Source: Bdellovibrionales bacterium
Lineage (GTDB): Bacteria; Bdellovibrionota; Bdellovibrionia; Bdellovibrionales; UBA1609
DNA length: 64,000 bases
Assembly (NCBI GenBank): GCA_965200875.1
Contig: OZ241456.1
Location: forward strand, 128,001-192,000
Direction: 5' to 3'
A model generated the notes under the pieces. The model saw only the letters and a program-made list of their open reading frames with translations. It searched no databases and was not told where the DNA came from. Position 1 is the first letter of the stretch. Every line of letters starts with the position of its first letter. The position numbers were made by a program, and so were the translations under genes. This document shows, one piece after another, positions 50,389 to 60,196 of the stretch.

Positions 50389-51054
50389 ATGCAATTTTTT
50401 GTGGATACAGCGGATTTAAAACAAATAAAAGAAATAAATAAGTGGTTTCCTGTGGATGGAGTTACCACTAATCCCACTTTAGTGGCAAAAAGTGGTGAAG
50501 AGCATATAAGCCTTATTCGTTCCATAGCAGAAACTGTGGAAGGTCCAGTGAGTGCTGAAGTTATCACGACTTCTTCTGAAGAAATGATAAAAGAAGCTCG
50601 AGTTTTGTCGAAAATTCATCCTCAGGTGGTGGTGAAACTTCCTTTAAACCCAGAGGGGCTTTTGGCAACCCAGATTCTTTCGAAAGAAAATATTTCCACC
50701 AATTTAACGCTTTGTTTTTCCGCTCTTCAGGCGTTATCTGCTACGCGTGCTGGTGCGAATTTTGTCTCCGTGTTTGTGGGTCGTTTAGATGATACAGGAG
50801 GGGATGGAATGGAAATAGTGTCTCAGATCATAAATATTTTTACCCAATATCAAATAAAGTCAAAAGTCATAGTAGCAAGTGTTAGGAATGTGAGCCATAT
50901 CCTGACTTCAGCCAATCTGGGTGCGGATATTGTGACAATTCCTCCTGCTTTGTTTTTACAAATGGTTCAACATCCTCTTACAGATAAAGGTCTGGCTCAA
51001 TTTCTTGCTTCGGCAAGGGGAGCAGAGAAAAAGAGGAAAAATGCCAAGAGCTGA
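50389..51054 (+). CDS. tal: Transaldolase (short TalC/FSA type)
   Basis: FFVDTAD, GVTTNP, VVVKLP, FVGRLDD, HPLTDKG. Confidence 0.93.
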   Translation: MQFFVDTADLKQIKEINKWFPVDGVTTNPTLVAKSGEEHISLIRSIAETVEGPVSAEVITTSSEEMIKEARVLSKIHPQVVVKLPLNPEGLLATQILSKENISTNLTLCFSALQALSATRAGANFVSVFVGRLDDTGGDGMEIVSQIINIFTQYQIKSKVIVASVRNVSHILTSANLGADIVTIPPALFLQMVQHPLTDKGLAQFLASARGAEKKRKNAKS

Positions 51055-51123
51055 TCATCACTGCTACTATATAAAATAACACCACTTGCAAAAAAATGCT
51101 GTTTACGGGCTTTTTACCCATAT

Positions 51124-51152
51124 TTGCTATCTTTACTTATGGGTGATATAAT
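51124..51152 (+). promoter_or_regulatory. Sigma70-type promoter of family copy 2
   Basis: TTGCTA-N17-TATAAT with TG extension. Confidence 0.6.
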
Positions 51153-51187
51153 AATTACTTATAGTAATACACCTTTTGGGGGTTTTT

Positions 51188-51487
51188 GTGGCGAATTGGT
51201 CATTTGGGGTTTTTGTTGTTGCTTATACAGGATTAATTCTGGGTATTTTAAAATTGATGCTGGATAATCAAACAAAGCTGATAAATGAAAAGTTGGATAA
51301 TCAAACAAAGCTGATGAATGCTCAAATACAGCCAATAAATGAAAAGCTGGATAACCATATCTCAGATACGAATAAGAAAATTGATGATACAAATAAGAAA
51401 ATTAATAAACTGGAAACTGAAATCAAATCGGAACTTAGAGAGATAAAAGCTGATATGAAAGAATATTTTGCAAAGAGACCTTCTTAA
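51188..51487 (+). CDS. Membrane-anchored coiled-coil protein (dispersed family, copy 2)
   Basis: W-x8-YTGL TM helix; NHISDTNKKI; start uncertain (GTG 51188 or TTG 51176). Confidence 0.75.
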   Translation: MANWSFGVFVVAYTGLILGILKLMLDNQTKLINEKLDNQTKLMNAQIQPINEKLDNHISDTNKKIDDTNKKINKLETEIKSELREIKADMKEYFAKRPS

Positions 51488-51511
51488 TATCACATTCAAA
51501 ATCAGGATGAT

Positions 51512-51643
51512 ATGCTTATAAAAAGAAAAGATATTTTATGGACTCTTTTTTTTCTTTTCATGGGATTTCTGGTTTGGTTTTTTCCAAGGTTTATGGATTC
51601 CCTGAAATTTTTAGGTTTTTCTGAGCCTTTGATTTTGCAATAA
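51512..51643 (+). CDS. Possible 43-aa membrane peptide
   Basis: MLIKRKDILWTLFFLFMGFLVWFFPRFMDSLKFLGFSEPLILQ; AGGA upstream. Confidence 0.35.
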   Translation: MLIKRKDILWTLFFLFMGFLVWFFPRFMDSLKFLGFSEPLILQ

Positions 51644-51697
51644 ATTCCCCAAGATTTAGTTCTGGAAACTTTGATTTTACTGGTAAAATAATTTTTT

Positions 51698-53260
51698 TTA
51701 ACCAGTGGTTTTTTTTCGGATCAGAGGATCCGGTCTGAGGGTTCTTCTTTCCAGCTTATAGTCTTTTACTTTGGACACCAAAGCTGCCCTAGAGATACCA
51801 AGTTTTTTCGCCACCTTGGTCTTGTTCCAACCCTCTTGTTTTAAGGATTGGGAAATCATTTGTCGCTCTAATTGGGCAATGGCTTTTTTCATGGCCTTTC
51901 CACTGTTGTTTGTGTTTAAAAAAGAAGCAAATTGTAAATTGCTTTCCGGGTTTTTGATTTTTTCAGAAAGAAATTCTTCCTTAATATAAGTGTCGTTTCC
52001 GGTAAAGACGGCTAATCTTTCCGCTTCATTTTGAAGTTCTCTCACATTACCAGGCCAGGGATACTGACGAAGTTTTTCCAGAGCTTTTTTTGTAAAAATT
52101 TTAGGGGTTTGGCTGAAACGATTGATAAAAAACTCTGCTAAGAGTTCGATGTCTTCTGTTCTGTCTCTTAAGGCGGGGGCTTGTATATTGATAACATTCA
52201 GGCGATAATAAAGGTCCTCTCGAAAAGTGCCTTCTTCCACCATTTTTTTAAGATTTTTATTGGTAGCTGCGATAATACGCACATCCACTGTCTTGGGTTC
52301 TATGCCTCCCACAGGAAAAAAAACACCTTCCTGAATAACCCTTAAAAGCTTAACCTGCATGGCCGGGGAAGTGTCTCCCACTTCATCTAAGAAGAAGCTT
52401 CCCTCGTGGGCTGATTCAAAAAGCCCTTTTTTATCTTTGTAAGCTCCTGTAAAAGCTCCTTTTACATGACCAAACAATTCTGATTCCAGAAGATTATCGT
52501 TTAAGGCAGAACAATTTTGCACCACAAAAACCTGATTTTTCCTCGGGGAATTTTGATGAATGGATTTGGCAATTAGTTCTTTTCCCGTGCCATTTTCTCC
52601 CTGTATGAGGATGGTGTTTTGCGAGAGCTTGATTTTATCCAATAGATTGTAAAGTTGGTGCATGGCTTTGGATTTTCCCACCATATCTCCATAAGAAAGG
52701 CTTGAGGATTTAGAGGTTTCATTTAATTGTTGTTTTTTTTCTGTAAATTCTTTTTGGACAGAGGCTATTTCTTTTGCCATCAATTCCATAAGATCTATGA
52801 AGTAACTCTTGTCTTTTTCCAGTATCAGGGGAATATGTTCTTTTTTTTCCAAATATTTGGAAAGCCCATTTTTCAACCAATCTTGTGTTATGACTTCTTT
52901 GTTTTGGGTTTCTTTGGAGAAGGCAAACCCTAAGGCAATGACAAAACCCGTTGTGTGGAAGTGGCTTTGAATGGGGAGTATTAACATATTCAATCCCGTA
53001 CCGGGCCATTTTTCCAAATTTCCATCTTGGTGATTTTGCTTTTGAACAAATTGAAGGGTTTGAAAGAAAGACTTTTTTAAGGATTCCTGTTCAAAAAACT
53101 CCTGTATTAAAGGGTTTCGAAGATTTTTTTTAAAGTCCAAGGCTTGATCCATAATATTTTTTTCGGAGATAATTATGACATCTGTTTTCCACCATTGGTA
53201 AATAATACTTTTGGTTTGTTTTACAACATGAAGATTTTTTAAATCATTCCAGTTAAACAT
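51698..53260 (-). CDS. Sigma54-dependent transcriptional activator with PocR-like sensor region
   Basis: GENGTGKE, GAFTGA, FREDLYYRL, WPGNVREL, Fis-type HTH. Confidence 0.93.
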   Translation of the reverse strand: MFNWNDLKNLHVVKQTKSIIYQWWKTDVIIISEKNIMDQALDFKKNLRNPLIQEFFEQESLKKSFFQTLQFVQKQNHQDGNLEKWPGTGLNMLILPIQSHFHTTGFVIALGFAFSKETQNKEVITQDWLKNGLSKYLEKKEHIPLILEKDKSYFIDLMELMAKEIASVQKEFTEKKQQLNETSKSSSLSYGDMVGKSKAMHQLYNLLDKIKLSQNTILIQGENGTGKELIAKSIHQNSPRKNQVFVVQNCSALNDNLLESELFGHVKGAFTGAYKDKKGLFESAHEGSFFLDEVGDTSPAMQVKLLRVIQEGVFFPVGGIEPKTVDVRIIAATNKNLKKMVEEGTFREDLYYRLNVINIQAPALRDRTEDIELLAEFFINRFSQTPKIFTKKALEKLRQYPWPGNVRELQNEAERLAVFTGNDTYIKEEFLSEKIKNPESNLQFASFLNTNNSGKAMKKAIAQLERQMISQSLKQEGWNKTKVAKKLGISRAALVSKVKDYKLERRTLRPDPLIRKKTTG

Positions 53261-53434
53261 GCCTTTTTCCCTTTTAAAAACTGTTCATTTTCTTTAATTG
53301 TACTTGTTTATATATATATCGTAAGGCCAGTGTTTAAACTTTAGACATTTTTTGGACTTAAGTTTGCCAAGGTGGGAGAGGGAGGCCACGGATATTTGTA
53401 ATACAGATGAAAGTTTTAGGACATATAGAAGAGA

Positions 53435-53507
53435 TGGCTCGGGACGGAATCGAACCGCCGACACAGAGATTTTCAGTCTCCTGCTCTACCGACTGAGCTA
53501 CCGAGCC
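53435..53507 (-). tRNA. tRNA-Phe(GAA), CCA not encoded
   Basis: GGCTCGGTAGCTCAGTCGGTAGAGCAGGAGACTGAAAATCTCTGTGTCGGCGGTTCGATTCCGTCCCGAGCCA folds as a cloverleaf. Confidence 0.97.
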
Positions 53508-54658
53508 TTAAGATGTTTAAAAGCTTGTAAAAAGTCTTCTTTTAAATCTTCTATATTTTCAATACCCACACTGACACGAATCAGGGATTCCGGGGGGGGA
53601 TGAGGAGAGCTGGCATGAGTCATGCTGGCCGGATGTTCCACCAAAGATTCCACTCCTCCCAAACTTTCCGCCAAAGTAAAAACCTGAAATCGGCTTAAAA
53701 CTTCAAAAACCTGTTTTTTATTTCCATTGAGAAAAAAACTAAGCATCCCTCCAAAACCCGACATTTGTTTTAAAGCCAGAGAATGTTGTGGGTGGGATTT
53801 TAAGCCAGGGTATAAAATTTTTTTTACCTCTTTTCGGCTTTCTAGGAAATGGGCTAATTCCTTTGCGTTTTTTTCATGTTCTTTCATTCGCACGGCCAAG
53901 GTTTTAAGGCTTCTCAGTAAAAGATAAGAATCAAAAGGAGACAGAACCGGCCCCAGAGATTTGCTCAAAAAAGCCAGTTTTTCTGCGAGCTTAGGGCAGT
54001 TTGTGGTAATTGTTCCTGCCACAATATCTGAATGGCCGCTTAAATATTTGGTCGCTGAATGGATCACAATATCCGCGCCCATTAAAAGCGGTTTTTGGAA
54101 AAAAGGACTCATAAAGGTATTATCCACTGCCAGCAAAATTTTGTGTTTTTTCGTAAAAGCACTTAAGTTTTGAATATCCATTAATTTCATAAGAGGGTTG
54201 GTGGGGGTTTCCACCCAAACCATTTTTGTTTTTTCAGGAATATTTAAAATATTTTCTTTTCGTGAAAGATCTTTTAAAAAAATACGCACCCCGCGGGGTT
54301 TTAAGATTTGTGTGAGAATTCTAAGACTTCCCCCATAAAGATCTTCTTCAGCCACCAGAAGGTCTCCAGGTTTTAAAAGCTCAAATATCAGGGAGCTTGC
54401 GGAAACTCCAGAGGAGCAGGCAAAGGAAAATCGTCCTTCTTCAAGGGAGCTGATACATTTTTCCAGGGCTTTTCGGGTGGGGTTTGCGACACGGGAATAT
54501 TCATAACCTTTGTGTTTTCCCGGTGCACTTTGAGCATAAGTGGAGGAAAGAGTGATGGGGGTCATAACCGCACCAGTTACGGGGTCAGGTTCCTGCCCGG
54601 CATGAATGGCTCGTGTGGCAAAGTTTTTCCTATTCTGATTTTGGTTCATAGTCTGCAT
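53498..54658 (-). CDS. Cystathionine gamma-lyase/synthase (Cys/Met PLP enzyme)
   Basis: YSRVANPT, ETPTNP, VDNTF, HSATKYLSGHSD, AESLGGVES. Confidence 0.95.
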   Translation of the reverse strand: MQTMNQNQNRKNFATRAIHAGQEPDPVTGAVMTPITLSSTYAQSAPGKHKGYEYSRVANPTRKALEKCISSLEEGRFSFACSSGVSASSLIFELLKPGDLLVAEEDLYGGSLRILTQILKPRGVRIFLKDLSRKENILNIPEKTKMVWVETPTNPLMKLMDIQNLSAFTKKHKILLAVDNTFMSPFFQKPLLMGADIVIHSATKYLSGHSDIVAGTITTNCPKLAEKLAFLSKSLGPVLSPFDSYLLLRSLKTLAVRMKEHEKNAKELAHFLESRKEVKKILYPGLKSHPQHSLALKQMSGFGGMLSFFLNGNKKQVFEVLSRFQVFTLAESLGGVESLVEHPASMTHASSPHPPPESLIRVSVGIENIEDLKEDFLQAFKHLKAR

Positions 54659-54783
54659 AATATAATGAAGAATGGAGATTTAGGAAAATGTTTTTTAAGG
54701 TTTTCTAAATCCCGCTGGTTAAGAAAATCATGCCCCTCTCAAAGCCGATCTAAAGGGCTAAAAAAAGCATTGCTTTTAAGCCT

Positions 54784-55659
54784 CTAAAAAATCAACACAG
54801 TCAATATTCCAAGAGGCCAAAGATAAAAGGCAAAATAGGGAAAAAGATTCTTTTTAAGGGAATAAACAAGCCCCTTTAAAGCCAGGCTCCCAAAGAACCA
54901 AGAACTGAAAAAAGCCAGACATAAACTAAAGCCTGAAGAGTTTTTTTGCGGAGGGTTATCAAACCATTCCCATAAAGAACCTCCTGATATGATCGGGATA
55001 GCCATCAGGAAACTGAAAAAAATGGCTTGTTTTCTGGGCCACCTCAGGAACAAAGCCGTGGAGATGGTCCAGCCCGATCGACTGATTCCCGGAAAGAAAG
55101 CTAATGTTTGCGAAAGCCCAATCAAAAGGATTGTGAAGAGCAGATAGTTTTTTTTTAATTGTAAAGTTTTTTCGGGAAGAGGTATGGACTTTTTGGATTC
55201 AGGGGAAGAAGAGGAATGCGTGAGAGGAAAAAAAATTTCATTATTGGCTTTTTTAAGTTTGTAGCGGGTGAGAAAAAGCAATATACCCGTTAAGATGAAG
55301 CCCACACCTGTCCATTGTGGTTCATGGAAAGCTCTTTCCATAAGCGGTTTAAAGGTAAAAGCTCCTAAAATTCCGGGCAATGTAGCCAGAGCTGTTAGAT
55401 AAATCCATCTTCCATCCCCTTTCGGTTGTAAGGGGTTTGAGCTGAAGTCTCTTAAAATATTCCAAAGATATTTTTTGTAGTGGCCTAAAATGGCCATCAA
55501 AGTTCCTAAGTGTAAAATGAGAACGAATAATAAATCAAACTCCGGGATTTTGAAAAGAGAGCTTAACAAAACAAGGTGTCCTGAGCTGGAGATTGGTAAA
55601 AATTCAGAAAGTCCTTGAATGAAACCCAGAAGAAAAATATAGAGATATAATTCTGACAT
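54784..55659 (-). CDS. uppP: Undecaprenyl-diphosphatase
   Basis: QGLSEFLPISSSGHL, PGISRSG. Confidence 0.95.
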   Translation of the reverse strand: MSELYLYIFLLGFIQGLSEFLPISSSGHLVLLSSLFKIPEFDLLFVLILHLGTLMAILGHYKKYLWNILRDFSSNPLQPKGDGRWIYLTALATLPGILGAFTFKPLMERAFHEPQWTGVGFILTGILLFLTRYKLKKANNEIFFPLTHSSSSPESKKSIPLPEKTLQLKKNYLLFTILLIGLSQTLAFFPGISRSGWTISTALFLRWPRKQAIFFSFLMAIPIISGGSLWEWFDNPPQKNSSGFSLCLAFFSSWFFGSLALKGLVYSLKKNLFPYFAFYLWPLGILTVLIF

Positions 55660-55672
55660 AGTGTCTTTCTTT

Positions 55673-56791
55673 TTAGAAAAAATCCTTATCTCTTAAAATT
55701 ATTTTTTGGCCACTGGTTAAATAGATATATTTTACACCGGATTTTTTGTAGCTTTCCCATTTTAATTTGTAAGAGCCGGGTTTTTTGACCCGAATATCCA
55801 GAGGTGGATAACCCGTAAACCCTGACATTTTCACATACACCCATTTTTTCGTGCGAATCAGCACTTCTGCAGGATGTGCAGAAGGTTTGTGTTTGCCATA
55901 AGAGGTAAAGGGATTGGCAGTAAACACAAGAAGGAAGAATAGCAAGGTACAGCTGATAACAGATTGATAGGAAAATAGCTTTTTTTTGGGAAGAGAAGGG
56001 TATTTAGGCTTTTTTTTCCGGGAAAAGCAGTTCTTGATAAACAGGCTATGATGAATTTTTTGTCCTAGGGAGGATAAAGCTTTAGGGGAGAAGGAAAAGT
56101 TTTTTTCTTTTCTTTTTTCCGGGGATGGATCCAAAAGAGGATCTTCTTTGTGGATAAAGTGCTCGCTTTCTAGGCTTGAAAGCTCCTCTTCCAGAACTCT
56201 TCCGATTAGCACTTTTTCTAAAACACCTAAAGAAAAGAGATCCGACTGAAAACCCGCTGATTTACCTTTGTAAAGCTCTGGTGCTGTGAAGGGTTTTGTG
56301 CTGTAGGTGAGGTTTTTTGTGTAGTTGCTCAAACCATAATCTGTCAGATAAACAGATCCATTGGTATCAATTAAGATATTGGAAAGACTTATATCCCCGT
56401 GTGAAAGCCCGTTTTTCAAAAGCTCTTTTAAGCCCGTGAGTACTTGTGAGCAAATACAGTTTATTTCATTTTTGTTAAGAGAGGTGTTTTTTACCAATTG
56501 TTTAAGGTTTAAACCGGGAATGTACTCCAAAATTAACGCGGGGCGAGAATGAAACTTTTCAAAGGAAAGTGCTTTTACCAAGTGAGTGCTGTGTCTGGCT
56601 CTTAACAGGGATTCCATTTGCAGGATCGAAAGCAATCTTTCTTTTTTTTTAAAGAGCTTGATAATCACCGGCATTTTGATTTTCAGATCTGTATCGGTAC
56701 GGTGGGCCAAATACACTATATTAAAAGGACTTTCTCCTAAAATTTCTTGAACTTCATAGGAATGCGAGGAGGTGATAAACCTGTTGGACAT
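55673..56791 (-). CDS. Membrane Ser/Thr (Hanks-type) protein kinase
   Basis: HGDISLSNIL, DYG, APE, SDLFSLG, TM helix, short extracytoplasmic tail. Confidence 0.85.
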   Translation of the reverse strand: MSNRFITSSHSYEVQEILGESPFNIVYLAHRTDTDLKIKMPVIIKLFKKKERLLSILQMESLLRARHSTHLVKALSFEKFHSRPALILEYIPGLNLKQLVKNTSLNKNEINCICSQVLTGLKELLKNGLSHGDISLSNILIDTNGSVYLTDYGLSNYTKNLTYSTKPFTAPELYKGKSAGFQSDLFSLGVLEKVLIGRVLEEELSSLESEHFIHKEDPLLDPSPEKRKEKNFSFSPKALSSLGQKIHHSLFIKNCFSRKKKPKYPSLPKKKLFSYQSVISCTLLFFLLVFTANPFTSYGKHKPSAHPAEVLIRTKKWVYVKMSGFTGYPPLDIRVKKPGSYKLKWESYKKSGVKYIYLTSGQKIILRDKDFF

Positions 56792-56831
56792 GTCCTTTTT
56801 TTAAAGGAAAAAACTCAAATGTCAAAAGCTT

Positions 56832-57281
56832 TTATGGAATATCATGTAAATGCCATTTTAATATATTTTCAGGAGCTTGATCTCTTAACTGATATTCTAT
56901 CAGTTTTTTCGCTCGTTTTATTTGTTTTCGGCAAAATTCACTTAAATGTTGTTTTTGCAAAATTTGTTTTATTTGTTCGGGCTTTTTCAGTCTCCCGGAA
57001 AACTCTTCGCATTTTTCATTTAAATAGGATGTCAATAAGGTATTTTTTTGAATGTGCGGGTTTTTGGAAAAATTTTTCCATTCATAACAGGCATAGGGTA
57101 CGGTTTCTTTTTGTAATTGTAACAGGCAGAGGGTTTTCAGTTTTTCTTTGGTTTCCTGTTTTTCTATCATTTTCTCCAGTTCTTGGGTACTTCTGGCAGA
57201 CATCCATTGTTCATTTGGGAAGCTGAGTAAAGGGTATGGTAATAATAGAATGTAAAAAAGTTTTTGGAAAAATGTTTTCAT
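56832..57281 (-). CDS. Exported hypothetical protein (4 Cys)
   Basis: Signal-like N-terminus, AGGAG RBS, sigma54 promoter upstream. Confidence 0.7.
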   Translation of the reverse strand: MKTFFQKLFYILLLPYPLLSFPNEQWMSARSTQELEKMIEKQETKEKLKTLCLLQLQKETVPYACYEWKNFSKNPHIQKNTLLTSYLNEKCEEFSGRLKKPEQIKQILQKQHLSEFCRKQIKRAKKLIEYQLRDQAPENILKWHLHDIP

Positions 57282-57321
57282 GGGTCAAATGCTCCTTTTA
57301 AAGTTTTTATTTTTCGTAATA

Positions 57322-57337
57322 AGCAAAATCCGTGCCA
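57322..57337 (-). promoter_or_regulatory. Sigma54 -24/-12 promoter
   Basis: TGGCACGGATTTTGCT = TGGCAC-N5-TTGCW. Confidence 0.85.
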
Positions 57338-57366
57338 GATATTATTATTCTGGAATAAAAGTGTTT

Positions 57367-57798
57367 TCAGTTAAAGCTTGCTTGCAGTTCGAGCAGTAAA
57401 GGGGCTAGTAAAAGAAGAAAGAAAGCGGGCACCTGAAATAAAAAAAGCGGAATAAGAGAGATAAAGGGCAATGTTTGAATTTGTTGTTCTAAATCCTCTA
57501 GAGCAATTGTTTTCAGTTCTTCTTCCAGATCCTGAAGAAGGCCCAGTATAGGTTCTCCTTTAAGTCCCCGCTCAAGAATGTCTAAAAGAGTTTTTCTATA
57601 GGGTTTTTTTGTCAAGCTTAGGTCAGTAAATGTTTTTCCGGTTTCCCGGCAAAACAGCCACTGCCGAAGAGAGGAGGCAAAAGCTGAGTCCGGCTGATTT
57701 TTCAAATAAAGATGGATGGCTGAGCGGACAGACAGTCCATTTTTAATATTCATCTGAATTTGAAGCAAAGCGTTTAAAGGGGGAGCTAAACAGTCCAT
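57367..57798 (-). CDS. TadC-like (T2SSF-like) membrane protein
   Basis: MDCLAPPL...GLKGEPI...LIPLFLFQVPA; overlaps the TadB-like gene. Confidence 0.55.
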   Translation of the reverse strand: MDCLAPPLNALLQIQMNIKNGLSVRSAIHLYLKNQPDSAFASSLRQWLFCRETGKTFTDLSLTKKPYRKTLLDILERGLKGEPILGLLQDLEEELKTIALEDLEQQIQTLPFISLIPLFLFQVPAFFLLLLAPLLLELQASFN

Positions 57799-58541
57799 TT
57801 TATTTTCCTTCCACATTGAAATAAAACAATAAGCCCGGTTAAAAACAGAAAAAGAGATAACAATAAAATTTGCAGGTACTTTAAACCATATTTTTGCAGG
57901 ACAAACAGAAAAAGCCCGGAATAAAGAATCAACAGAATAAAAGATTGAATGTGAATTTGAAGGAGAGCGGACTGCACTTTTTTTCGAAAAACAGATCGTA
58001 CTTTCACTTGATGTCGTAAATTTTCCAGATGCTCCAAACATTGTGGGGAGAGGTCTGCTTGTTTCAGCTCTTCAATCATTTGCCGGAGCGGGGGAAAACA
58101 AAATTCTTTTCGGAGACTTTTTGCATAAGAGATTATTTCCAATATTTCCATAAAATAATTTTGAAAATGTCTATGTGAAAGCATTGTCAAAGCTATTTTG
58201 AAGCCGGCCCGAAAACTAGAGCCTATTTTAATTTGGGCTATGAGAGCATTTAGAAAAAGTTCAAATTGCAAATAAAACTGTTGTTTCCATACGAAAAGCA
58301 GGAACCACTGCAAAAAGAAAGTCAGTATTAAAGGAAAGTAAATAACTAGATATTTAAAAAACAAAATGGGCAGAGAAAGTTGAGAAAGGAGAAAAACAAG
58401 TAAAACACTGAAAATAAACCAGATTTTCCAGACTATTGGAGATAAAAAACTGAGAAAGATACTTTTATGAAGAGTGTTCCAAAGTATCTTCAGACAAATA
58501 AGAATATGAAAAAATAACAATAAAGATTTTGTGTCAGTCAT
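57786..58541 (-). CDS. TadB-like (T2SSF-like) membrane protein
   Basis: FL..LI..IKIGSSFR...LENLR...FRKKV..LQ pattern with flanking TM helices. Confidence 0.6.
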   Translation of the reverse strand: MTDTKSLLLFFHILICLKILWNTLHKSIFLSFLSPIVWKIWFIFSVLLVFLLSQLSLPILFFKYLVIYFPLILTFFLQWFLLFVWKQQFYLQFELFLNALIAQIKIGSSFRAGFKIALTMLSHRHFQNYFMEILEIISYAKSLRKEFCFPPLRQMIEELKQADLSPQCLEHLENLRHQVKVRSVFRKKVQSALLQIHIQSFILLILYSGLFLFVLQKYGLKYLQILLLSLFLFLTGLIVLFQCGRKIKWTV

Positions 58542-58675
58542 ATAAATATTATGATATGCAAAATAGAGAGCATTTTTTTATTTGACTGGAAAAGAAAGTG
58601 GAGTGACACTAATTAAAAAATCGGTGGAAGTTTTTTTTCATCGTGAAACATCAGCACTCAACATGAGGAGGAGCA

Positions 58676-58906
58676 ATGGCTGGCAAAAAAACAAAGAAGA
58701 AAGCCAAGAAAAAGGTAACCCGGAAAAAAGCTGTAAAGAGGAAAGTAAAGAAGAAGGTCAAGAAAAAGGTAACTAGAAAGAAGGTTACTAGAAGAAGGAA
58801 AGCGGGTAAGAAAAAGGTAACTAGAAAGAAGGTTACCAGAAGAAGGAAAACGGGTAAGAAAAAAGTTAAAAAGAAAGTAAAGAAGAAGGTTAGGAGAAAA
58901 AAATAA
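58676..58906 (+). CDS. Extremely basic histone H1-like protein
   Basis: Composed only of K/R/V/T/A/G/M; GAGGAGG RBS; 48-nt tandem duplication 58760-58855; terminator follows. Confidence 0.85.
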   Translation: MAGKKTKKKAKKKVTRKKAVKRKVKKKVKKKVTRKKVTRRRKAGKKKVTRKKVTRRRKTGKKKVKKKVKKKVRRKK

Positions 58907-58918
58907 TTAAGATAGTTT

Positions 58919-58961
58919 AGACCTCTCGATAACTTTTCCTTTTCGGGAGGTCTGTTTTTTT
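58919..58961 (+). terminator. Rho-independent terminator
   Basis: AGACCTCTCGA/TCGGGAGGTCT stem followed by T7. Confidence 0.8.
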
Positions 58962-59221
58962 CAGAAATCAAAACTGAGTTTATTTTATCAAGCGGGAGTC
59001 GTGTCCTAAAGGTATTGATTTTTGCTCCGCGCTTTAATTCTGGTTTTTGTCAAATATGTTTAAAAGTCAGAAAAACACAAGCCCTAAGGCCAGATTATTC
59101 AGGATCGGTTTGGTGGAATCAAATCATCTTTTGCTCTGATACTTTGAGTAAAAAAGGTTTTTAGGGCTTGAAAAAAAATAGTTTTGAAAATGGAACAATT
59201 TTGGGCTTAAAGGTTTTTTTT

Positions 59222-60148
59222 ATGAAAAAGGCAAAAATTTCTATTATTGGCGGTGGGTTTGTAGGTTCCACTTGCGCGCATTGGCTTTTAAGTCGGGACT
59301 TAGGGGATATAGTTTTACTGGATATTGCGGAAGATATGGTAAAAGGTCGTGCTTTAGATCTTTTTCAATCCCGCTCTTTGACCTCCTCCAGTCTGCAAAT
59401 AAAAGGAACTGCAAACTATCAGAATATTGAAAATTCAGATATCGTGATTATTACGGCCGGTCAGGCGCGAAAACCGGGAATGAGTCGGGACAGGCTAAGA
59501 GATATAAACGCAAAAATAATAGTGCAGGTTTGCGAACAGATAAAAACAAAAGCTCCTTTAGCCTGTGTCATTATAGTGACCAATCCTTTGGATGTAATGG
59601 CTTATCTGGCTTGGAAAACTCTGGATTTTCCGGCTGAGCGGGTAATGGGTATGGCTGGAGTCCTAGACAGTGCTCGTTTTAAGGCTTTTGTTGCGCAGGA
59701 ATTAGGAGTAAGCGTTCAGGATGTGCAGGCTTTTGTTTTAGGTGGGCATGGAGATACTATGGTGTTGCTGACTCGTTTGTGTCATGTGGGAGGTATTCCT
59801 TTGAAGGAGTTGTTGCCAAAAGAGAGAATTAACTTTTTAGTGGAAAAAACCAAGTCCGGTGGTGCAGAAATTGTTTCTTTACTTAAAACCGCTTCGGCTT
59901 ATTATGCTCCGGCTTTAAGTGTGGTGGAAATGGTTACGGCGATTTTAAAAGATCAAAAACGAATTTTGCCTTGTTCGACTCTTTTAAGAGGAGAATATGG
60001 AGTCCAGGATTTATTTATGGGTGTTCTTTGTTGCCTAGGAGCAGGTGGAGTGGAAAAAGTGATGGAGTTTTCCCTGAAAGAAGAGGAAAAAGAGCAGTTT
60101 CAAAAATCGGTTTTTGCTGTTAAAAACCAAGTGGATCCGTTGAAATAA
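59222..60148 (+). CDS. mdh: Malate dehydrogenase (LDH-like)
   Basis: GGGFVG, TAGQARKPGMSR, VTNPLD, GGHGD. Confidence 0.96.
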   Translation: MKKAKISIIGGGFVGSTCAHWLLSRDLGDIVLLDIAEDMVKGRALDLFQSRSLTSSSLQIKGTANYQNIENSDIVIITAGQARKPGMSRDRLRDINAKIIVQVCEQIKTKAPLACVIIVTNPLDVMAYLAWKTLDFPAERVMGMAGVLDSARFKAFVAQELGVSVQDVQAFVLGGHGDTMVLLTRLCHVGGIPLKELLPKERINFLVEKTKSGGAEIVSLLKTASAYYAPALSVVEMVTAILKDQKRILPCSTLLRGEYGVQDLFMGVLCCLGAGGVEKVMEFSLKEEEKEQFQKSVFAVKNQVDPLK

Positions 60149-60196
60149 AAAGGTTTGAAATTCCTTTTCTTTATTTTTAAGGAGTGTAAATTTATA

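Noticed and set aside
51054..51700. Bacterial histone-fold gene like the one in B. bacteriovorus
   Set aside because: No histone-fold ORF seen in this interval
53315..53343. Sigma28-like promoter before the sigma54 activator (TAAA-N16-TACGATAT)
   Set aside because: Spacing and -10 both deviate from consensus
58651..58971. Antisense hydrophobic ORF and the many other short shadow ORFs in the track
   Set aside because: They overlap well-supported genes and reflect complementary or low-complexity codon bias
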